From assembly GCF_009914755.1 (NCBI RefSeq), contig NC_060947.1: DNA of 64,000 nt; one strand, 5' to 3'. A model generated the notes under the pieces. The model was given only the letters and a program-made list of their open reading frames with translations. It made no database searches and had not been told where the DNA came from. This DNA comes from the human T2T-CHM13v2.0 reference genome, Homo sapiens. Positions within the stretch are counted from its first letter, which is position 1. Each line of letters opens with the position of its first letter. This document shows, one piece after another, positions 50,770 to 64,000 of the stretch. The position numbers and the translations under genes are program-made.

Positions 50770-53700
50770 AATTTGGTCAGGGTACCACTTGTGCTCTGGG
50801 AGGGCAATTTCCCTTATGACAACTACCCAAAGGAGGTGTTGATGCTGGCACAGGCCAACCTATGGGATCTATCTGGGTCTACTATCCATTTTCCACCACT
50901 GACTTGTTTAATTGGAAAAACAACAAGCTCACTTATCAGGAGGATCCAAAGCAGATGGAGAAGATGTTTTCCTCCATATTTGCTACTCATAACCCCACCT
51001 GGGCAGACATCCAAAATTTATTTAACATACTAACCTCAGAGGATGGGAGAATGGTTTTAGATAAAGCTTGGGAGGAAGCTGATTGAATGCATACCGACTC
51101 TCCTGGCAATCTGGTAAGAGCAGCTGCCCAAAGAAGTGCCCACCATTGACCCAAGATGGAACATAAACACATTCCATAATGTAATGTAATGTAAACACAT
51201 ACACACAAGCTTATAGACTACCAGGATTGCATTTTGGCTGGTCTCTGCCAGGGAGTGCCCAAGCAAAGAAGCCTCAGTAAGGTACAGGAAGTTAGACAGA
51301 AACCTGAGAGCCCCTAGAGGCCTTAGAGTGGGTTTTCAAGGCCTTCAGACAGTACAAACATACTGACCCAGAAGTCGCAGACAATTAAAAAATGGTAGAC
51401 ATGATGTTTATTAACCAAAGTGCCCCAGATATTCAGAAAAAGCTGCAAAAGCTGGATGAAACTTTAGGAATGTCTTTGTCATGATTGGTGGAGAAAGTAT
51501 TTACTGATCAAGATGAAGAAATGGAAAAAAAAGCAGAAAATGAAGAAGCAGGCTGATTTACTGGCTGCAGCTTTAACTCAAGGAGTCTCTGGGCCATGAT
51601 GGGGGGCCCCAGCAGGCTTACCATCCAAGGTAGGAGCACCCAGGCCCCAAACTGTCAATAAAAAGAGACATCCCACTGCAGGTCCCAAACAGTATGCCTA
51701 TTGCAAACAGGAAGTTCACTGGAAACCAAAAAACAACCATTGCCCATGCTTCAAAAAGCCCAATGCTGGGAAAAGTCAGCCTTCAGTCAACCTAATGCCC
51801 AGGATGGCTGAAGCGCTTGAGGCAGATCAGGAATTACAGGGCCCAGGGGTTCCACTCAACCCAGACCACACCCTCCTATATTTCCCACATGGAGCCCTGG
51901 GTTGCAATGATGGTGGGAAATCAGCTTTTGGACTTCTTAGTAGATTCTGGTGCCTCTTATTCAATATTGAACACCTGGTTGTCCAAACTTTCTTCACGGA
52001 CTATGAAAGTGACTGAGGTCTTGGGAAAGATACTGACAAGATCATTCCTCCAACCATTGGACTTTCAACTAGGACAAGCTCAATTAAAACACAGTTTCCT
52101 ATATATGCTTGAATGCCTGATCCCTTTGTTGGGGTAAGACCTGACCAAATTAAATGCTAATGTTATCTTTTCCCTGGGACAGCTGAACATCTAGGTGCCT
52201 CTGGAACAAACTCTGTAGGCTGTTTTGTTACAACTAGAAGTTCCTGAAAACACCTCCATCTCTGAGGAGATACTCCAAAAGGTGAGTCTGGAAGCCTGGG
52301 TGGATAGGAGGCCAGGCAAGATGAAAACTGCACCCCCAGTGTGAGTCAATGTTTGTTCAGAATTAACACTGCCAAATCTAAAATGGTACTCTCTGAGAGA
52401 ATAGGCACGATTGGATATTCAGTTTCTGTTGAGGCAAAATTCTGATGAATTTTTCTGGTTTTCAGACTTAGACCTAAAAGATGCCTTTTTCTGTATTCTT
52501 CTGGATCCATAGTCCCAAGAGCTGTTTGCCTTTGAATAGGAAGATCCAGATTCTAAAGTCTGACAGCATGTACTGTTGGACAGTGCTTTCTAAAAGTTCA
52601 AAAACTCTTCAACAACCTTTGGGGAAATACTTGCCAAGGACCTCCAGTATCTCCAATTAAAAGATGGGACTTTGTTACAATATGTAAATGATATGTTAAT
52701 AGCCAGCACTATTAAGACAGACTCTGAACAGAACACTATACTGACTTTAAATTTCCTGGCAGAATAGGCAGACCAGGTATCCAAGGAAAAGGTACAGATC
52801 TCACAGCCCATGGTCAAATATCTTGTGTTTGAACTTTCCCAGGGGCAGAAAAATCTGCTCCCAGACTAGAGGGAAGCTCTTGCCAGGGAGGCCAGACCCA
52901 TCACATGGTGGCAGCTATGAGGTTCTTTGTGTATGGCTGGGTTTTGCCACATCTGGATTCTTAATCTTGGACTTACGGCCAAAACTCTATATGAAGCTTT
53001 AAAAGGAATAGACACTGAGCCTCTAGAAAAGACTGGAGAATGTCAAAAAGGCTTTCAAACCATTAAACGAAGATTGTTAACAGTTCCAGCCTTGGGACTC
53101 CCAGACATAAGAAAGCCATTAGATTTGTTCATGCATGAGAAACAAGGGATGGGTTTAGGAGTGCTAATCCAAGACCTGGGAAATTAAGAGGCCTGTAGCT
53201 TAATATTCAAAACAGCTGGACATTGTCACAAGGGCTTGGCCCTTTTGCCTGTGATCAGTTTCTGCCACCTATGACCTCCAGGAGGCAGAAAAGTTTACTT
53301 TGGGGCAAGCTGCCACGGTGCACACCCCTCACTGTGTGCTCTCTCTATTAGAACAGAAAAGGGACTACTGGCTGACTTCTGGAAGCTTGGGTAGATATCA
53401 GGCCATACTTCTATATAACCCAAATGTGACTTTGAAAGCTGTCTCCACTCTAAATCCTACCACCTTGCTTCCTCAAACCACAGCTGAACCTGTACATGAG
53501 TGCTTACAAGTTATTGAGCAAGTTTAGTGTAGTCAACTAGACTTGACTGATATTCTTCTGGAGAATCCACACTTAAAAATGTTCAATGACGGGAACAGGT
53601 TTATGGATCAAGGGAAACAGAAGGCTGAGTATGCTGTGGTAACACTCTGATGGGTTCTGGAAGCAGAGGTACTTCCTCCTGGTGTGTTAGCACAGAAGGC

Positions 53701-54295
53701 AGAATTCATAGCACTATGTAGCACACTCCAACTAGGTAAAGATTTCCAGGTGATCATTTACACAGATTCCAAGTATGCCTTTTCCATTGTTCACACTCAC
53801 AGGACTATCTGTAGAGAAAGGGGACTCCTAACCTCCAGTAACGAAGAAATTAAACATGGTAGAAAAACCCTAGCCTTACTAGAAGCAGTCTTAGAGCCCA
53901 AGAAAGTAGCTATAATACATTGTTTTGGGCATCAACGGACAGATAACTTGGTGGCAAAAGGTAACAGTTGAGCAGACTAGGCCACTAGAGAAGCAGCAAA
54001 GAAAAAGACCTCCAAAGCTCTGCTAATGCCATTAATACTTGAAACAGACCTCAGTATAAAACCGCGTAATTATTCAGAAGACTTAAAAAGAGCACCTGAG
54101 TGGGGTTTTGGCCCTGATCAAAGAACCCAGGACCGATGGATCTACAATGAAGAAGAAAAAGTCCTAGTACCTAAATATTGTATGATAGATATTATCAAAC
54201 ATACACATGACACCACACACTATGGCAGAGAGACCAATCTCCAATGGATTCAAAATTACATTGTTGAGACATACTTAAAGAGGACTATGCAAAAA
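50770..54295 (+). mobile_element. Decayed ERV1 (gammaretrovirus-like) gag-pro-pol, truncated within integrase
   Basis: Capsid (YPFSTTDLFNWK...HNPTWADIQ), zinc knuckle near 51690, protease FLVDSGAS, RT LDLKDAFF and QYVND, RNase H (AQKAE...IYTDSKYAF), integrase start (HDTTHYG). Many stops. Confidence 0.9.
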
Positions 54296-56232
54296 GCATT
54301 TCTGGACCTACCCTGGTCCAGAGGGGAGCCGCCCACTGCTTTGAAGGGTGAGTTCCAGTCTGGGCAGCATTCACCACAAGCTGACTTAAGAGCCCTTGGC
54401 TCTTAAGGGAACATTAGCAGTAGTCGGACAGTACTTCTTGTGGTCTGAGGCAATGGTAGCTATTAGGTGAGGCTCCTCTGTATTTCCAAAGGGGAGAAAA
54501 CAGTGAGAAGGACTACATCTTGTGGTTTGAGTGCCAGCTCAGGTACCATACCATAGAACACCAGGTAGATTTCTAAAGTTTCTGACTCTAGTCCCTGACT
54601 CATCAATGGCACCTCTGGACCCACCCAAGGGCCTGGGGGACCTTGCTTCCCTGAAGGGAAGAACACAGGCCTGGCTGGTTTTACCACCTGCTGATTGTAG
54701 AGCGACAGGGCCTTGAGTGGCAGTAGCCAGGGAGTGGTTACAACAGGTCTTGGTGTGAAGCACACCTGACCTGTGCTTCAGGTGTGACCCAGCACAGTCA
54801 TAGTGGTGGCTACAGGGGTGCATGTGTCACTCCACTGCCAGATTTAGGTGGCTCAGAAGAGAGAGAGACATTCAGTTTGGGAGACAGTACAGGAGGAGAA
54901 GAAGAGTCTATTCCTGTTAAACCAGAAAATTATCGTGGGTCTTGTCCAAGATAAATAAGGCAGTACCTATCCACAAGAACCACAGAGTTACTGGGCTTGG
55001 GGTGCCCCCTAAAGAAGATATAGCTTAGATTACAACACCCAAGTCCTTTAAAATATCTGGAAAGCCTTTCCAAGAAGGACAGCTACAAATAAGCCTAGAC
55101 AATGAAGACTACAATAAATAACTAACTCTTCAATGCCAGACACTGAAGAACATCTACTAGCATCAACACCATTCAGGAAAACATGACCACAGTAAATGAA
55201 CTAAATAAGGCACCCAGGACCAATCCTGGAGAAACAGAGATATGTGATATTTCAGACACAGAATTCAAAACAGTAGTGTTGAGAATAAACTCAAAGAAAT
55301 TCAAGATAATACAGAGAAGGAACTCAGATACATTTAACAAAGAGATGGAAATAATTTAAAAGAAGAAAGCAGAAATTCTGGAGCTGAAAAATGCAATTGG
55401 CATACTAAAGAATGTATCAGAGTCCTTTAATAGCAGAATTGATCAAGCTCAGAAGAATTAGTGAGCTTGAAGACAGGCTATTTCAAAAGACACAGCCAGA
55501 GGAGGCAAAAGAAAAGAGAATTAAAACAATAAAGCATGTGTATGGAATCTATAAAACAGCCACAAAAGGGCATATCTGAGAGTTATTGGCCTTAAACATG
55601 AGGTAGACAAAGAGATTGGAGTAGACTTTATTCATGGGATAATAACAGAAAACTTCCTAAGCCTAGAGAAACATATCAATATCCAAGTACAAGAAGGTTA
55701 TAGAACACCAAGCAGATTTAACTCAAAGAAGACTACCCCAAGGCATTTAATATATCCAGTGAAAACATCCTTCAACATGAAGGAGAAATAAAGACTTTCC
55801 AAGACAAACAAAAGATGAGGGATTTCATCAACACCGGATGGGTCCTACAAGAAATGCTAAAGAAAGTACTTCAATCAGAAAGAAAAGGACATTAATGAGC
55901 AAGAAATAATCATTAGTAAATAAATAATCAAGGTACAAAACTCACTAGTAATTAGTAAGGAAACAGAAAAACACAGTATATTATAACACTGTAACTGTGG
56001 CGTGTAAACTACTCTTATCCTAAGTAGAAAGACTAAATGATGAACCAATCATAAATAATAACCACAAGAACTTTTCAAGACATATTCAGTACAGTAAGAT
56101 ATATAGAAACAACAGAAAGATCAAATGAAGGGGGACAAAGTTAAAGCATAGAGTTTGTATTAGTTTTGTTTTTGTTTTTGGTTTGTTTATGCAAACAGTG
56201 TTAGGTTGTTATCAGGTTAAAATAATGGGTTA

Positions 56233-56565
<333 letters not shown>

Positions 56566-57337
56566 CTAAAAAACATACAATGAATACACTAAAAATGAAA
56601 AGCAAGAAACTAAATCACATCACCAGTGAAAATCACATTCACTAAAGGAAGACAGGAAGGAAAGAAAGAAGGAAGAGACGACCACAAAACAGACCAGAAA
56701 ACAATTAACTAAATAGCAGGAGTAGGCCCACACTTATCAATCATAACATTGAATGTAAATGGAATAAATTACCCAATCAAAACACATAGAGCAGCTGAAT
56801 GGATAAAAAAAACAAGACCCATTGATCTGTTGCCTAGAAGAAATACAATTCACCTACAACACATACATAGGCTGAAAACAAAAGGATGGAAATAGATATT
56901 CCATGCCAATGGAAACTGAAATAGAGCAGGAGTTGCTGTACTTATATCAGACAAAATAAATTTTAAGACAAAAAGTATAAGGAGAGACAAAGAAGGTTAC
57001 TATATAATGATAAAAGGGTCAATTCAGTAAGAAGATATAACAATTTTAAATATACATGCACCCAACACTAGAGAACCCAGATATATAAGTAAATATTAGA
57101 GCTACAGAAAAAGATAAGCTTCAATGCAAAAATAACTAGAGACTTCAACACTCCACTTTCAGCATTGGATAGATCTTCCAGACAGAGAGTCAACAAAGAA
57201 AGAGCAGACTTAATATGCATTATAGATAAAATGGACCTAAGAGATATTTACTGAACTTTTTATCCAATGGCTGCAGAATACATATTCTTTTCCTCAGCAT
57301 ATGGATCATTCTTAAGGATAGACCATATGTTAGGTCA

Positions 57338-58660
<1,323 letters not shown>

Positions 58661-58920
58661 AAAATTAACAGACACAAATCCCGCAGTATTAGTAAAAACA
58701 CTGAATGTAAATGAATAAAAAATGTAATCAAAAGACAGCTATTGTAAGACTGGATTTAAAATTCTAAGTGTATACTATCTACAGCACCTTGATATAAAAT
58801 ATAAATTTATTGAAAGTGAAAAGATGAATAAAGATATATTATACAAGCAGCAACCAAAGAATTAGTGGCTATAATAATTCTAGGCAGATAATGAAACAAA
58901 ATATGTTATTGAGCTAATAA

Positions 58921-59220
<300 letters not shown>

Positions 59221-59726
59221 TGATATATAATTTTATCATTATAAAAATGTATTCTATAATTTTATTATATTAAGAGAAACATTTTATAATTATAAAAACA
59301 TGTAACAATAAAATGTTATTTCATCAAGAAGATACAATAGTTATAAATACATATGTATCAATAGTAACAGAGCACCAATTTACATGAAAAAAATCTGATG
59401 AAAGTAGAAAAAGACAAGGTGAAAAAATGGTTGCATACATAAATGCACCACTTTCTGTAATGGATAGAACAATCAGACAAAAAATAAAGGCAATAAACGA
59501 TTTAGCACTATAAGCCAACTAGACCTGGAAGACATCTATAAAATGCATCACGATAATAGAATGTACACTTTCCTCAAGTGCACATAGAACACCTCCATGA
59601 TAGACCATATCCTGGCCATAAAGCAAATGTTAATAAATGTAAAAGGATAGAAATAATGTGAAAAAAAGAGGAAATAGTTAAAGAAGAGGAAAAACTTCAA
59701 ATAAACAATCTGGTGATGCATCTTAA

Positions 59727-61207
<1,481 letters not shown>

Positions 61208-62314
61208 AAAGAGCTAGGAAAGAAAGAGCAAACCAAACCCCAAATTAGTAGAACAAAAGAAATAATAAATATTAGCGAGGAAATAAATAAAATTGAAATA
61301 AGAAAACAAAGATAAATGAGACTAAAGTGGGTGTTTTGAAAAGTTAAACCAAATAGACACACCTTTGGCAAGACTAACAAAAAAAAAGAGAGAAGATCCA
61401 AATATATAAAATCAGAAATAAAAAAGGAGACATTACAACTGATACTGCAGAAATTCAAAGGATCATTAGTGGCTACTATGGGCAACTATATGCTAATAAA
61501 TTGGAAAATCTAGAAAAAATTGACAAACTTCTAGACACATACAACCTACAAAGATTGAATCAGGAAGAAATAAAAAACCTGAACAGAACAATAATAATAA
61601 GTAATGAGATTGAGGCTGTAATAAGATGTCTCCCAGAAAAGAAAAGCCTGAGACCTGATGGCTTTACTGCTGAATTCTACCAAACATTTAAAGAATCAAT
61701 ACCAATCCTACACAAGCTATTCTGAAAAATAAAGGAGAAGGGAATACTTCCAAACTCATTCTAAGAGGCCATATCACCCTGATACCAAACTCAGACAAAG
61801 ACACAACAAAAAAACAAAAACTATAGGCCAATATCTCTGATGAATATTGATGCAAAAATCCTCAACAAAATACTAGCAAACTCAATTCAACACTTTAGAA
61901 GATCATTCATAATGACCAAGTGGGATTTATCCCTGGGATGCAAAGATTTAACATATGCAAATCAATCAATGTGATACATCATATTAACAGAATGAAGGAT
62001 AAAAATCATATATTTATTTCAATTGATGTTGAAAAGCCATTTTGATAAAATTCAGCATCCCTTTATGATAAAAACCTTCAAAATACTGGGTATAGAGGGA
62101 ACATATCTCAACATAATAAAAACCATATATGACAGACCCACTGCCAGTATCATACTGAAAGATCTTCCCTGTAAGATGTGGAACACAGCAAGGATTCCCA
62201 GTGTCAATGCTGTTATTCAACATAGTACTGGAAGTCCTAGCTAGAGCCATCTGACAATATAAATACATAAAGGGCATCCAAACTGGAAAGGAAGAAGTCA
62301 GATTATCTTTGTTT

Positions 62315-63414
62315 TTTTTGGGTTGGGGTTATATCATTTATTTATTTATTTATTTTTCTTCATTTCTTCTAAACACAAAAATGGGATACATGTGCAGAAC
62401 ATGCAGGTGTGTTACATAGGTATACGTGTGCCATGGTGGTTTGCTGCTCCTATTGACCCATCCTCTAAGTCCCTCCCCTCACCCCCCACCCCCCACCCCC
62501 CAAAAGGCCCTGGTGTGTGTTGTTCCCCTCTCTGTGTCCATACGTTCTCGATGTTCAACTCCCACTTATGACTGAGAATATGTGGTGTTTGGTTTTCTGT
62601 TCCTGTGTTAGTTTGCTGAGGATGATGGCTTCCAGCTTCATCCATGTCCCTGCAAAGGACATGATCTCATTCCTTTTTATGGCTGCATAGAATTCCATGG
62701 TGTATATGTATCACATTTTCTTTGTCCAGTCTATCATTGTTGGGCATTTGGGTTGGTTCCATGTCTTTGCTATTGTAAATAGTGTCACAATCAACATACA
62801 TGTGCACGTGTCTTTATATTCCCTTGGGTATATACCCAGTAATGGGATTTCTGGGTCAAATGGTATTTCTGGTTCTAGATCCTTAAGGAATCGCCATACT
62901 ATCTTCCACAATGGTTGAATCAGCTTACACTCCCGCCAACAGTGTAAAAGCGTTCCTATTTCTCCACAGCCTCACCAGCATCTATTGTTTCCTGACTTTT
63001 TAATAATTGCCATTCTGACTGGCATAAGATGGTATCTCATTGTGGTTTTGATTTGCATTTCTCTGATGGTCAGTGATGTTGAGCCTTTTTTCATATGTTT
63101 CTTGGCCATGTAAATGTCTTCTTTTGAGAAGTGTCTGTTCATAAACTTTGCCCACTTTTTGATGTCTTTTTTTTCTTGTAAATTTGTTTAAGTTCCTTGT
63201 AAATTATGGATATTAGACTTTTGTCAGATGGGTAAATTGCAAAAATTTTCTCCCATTCTGTAGGTTGCCTGTTCACTCCGATGATAGTTTCTTTTGCTAT
63301 ACAGAAGCTCTTTAGTTTAATTAGATTCCATTTCTCAATTTTGGCTTTTGTTGCGATTGCTTTTGGAATTTTTGTCATGAAGTCTTTGCCTATGCCTATG
63401 TCCTGAATGGTTTT
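62315..63414 (-). mobile_element. 5'-truncated L1PA8A-like element
   Basis: 3' end TGTATCCCATTTTTGTGTTTAGAAGAAAT on the minus strand; 26-bp TSD. Confidence 0.85.
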
Positions 63415-63617
63415 AGGAAGAAGTCAAATTATCTTTGTTTGCAGATGATATGGTCTTATACTTGGAAAACCTGAAAGATTCCACAACAAAACTATTAGAA
63501 CTGATAACAAATTTGGTAAAGTTGCAAGATACAAAATCAACATACAAAAAGCAGTAGCATACTGCATGTCTATATGCCAACAGTGAATGATCTGAAAAAG
63601 AAATGTAAAAAGTAATC

Positions 63618-64000
<383 letters not shown>

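Overview
Human genomic DNA (it carries a human-specific pre-Ta L1HS). The window is dominated by retroelements and contains one gene, the nuclear RNA export factor paralogue NXF5, on the minus strand (about 48184 to 22720). I mapped 20 NXF-homologous exons by splice sites and translation. The RRM and LRR exons are intact. The ancestral N-terminus has lost its ATG and carries a frameshift and a TGA. The NTF2-like domain has an exon with a GT>AT donor, and the UBA domain has a TAG plus a frameshift. The most interesting signal is the 1.67 kb intron between the 110-nt and 37-nt exons, which is positionally equivalent to the retained, CTE-bearing intron 10 of NXF1. It still encodes an 18-aa in-frame tail plus stop that aligns with the short NXF1 isoform tail, and it contains a hairpin with the two-strand internal-loop layout of the constitutive transport element. 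This suggests an intron-retention/self-export module and a 250-aa short NXF5 that bypasses all downstream lesions. The flanks hold a four-level nested transposon (Tigger3a > MER52 > THE1 > full-length L1) with every TSD readable, a decayed ERV1 gag-pol, twin-primed L1s, a candidate 3' transduction and inverted L1 copies sharing private variants. Repeat subfamily names and NXF1/NXF2/CTE reference sequences are recalled from memory, not searched.
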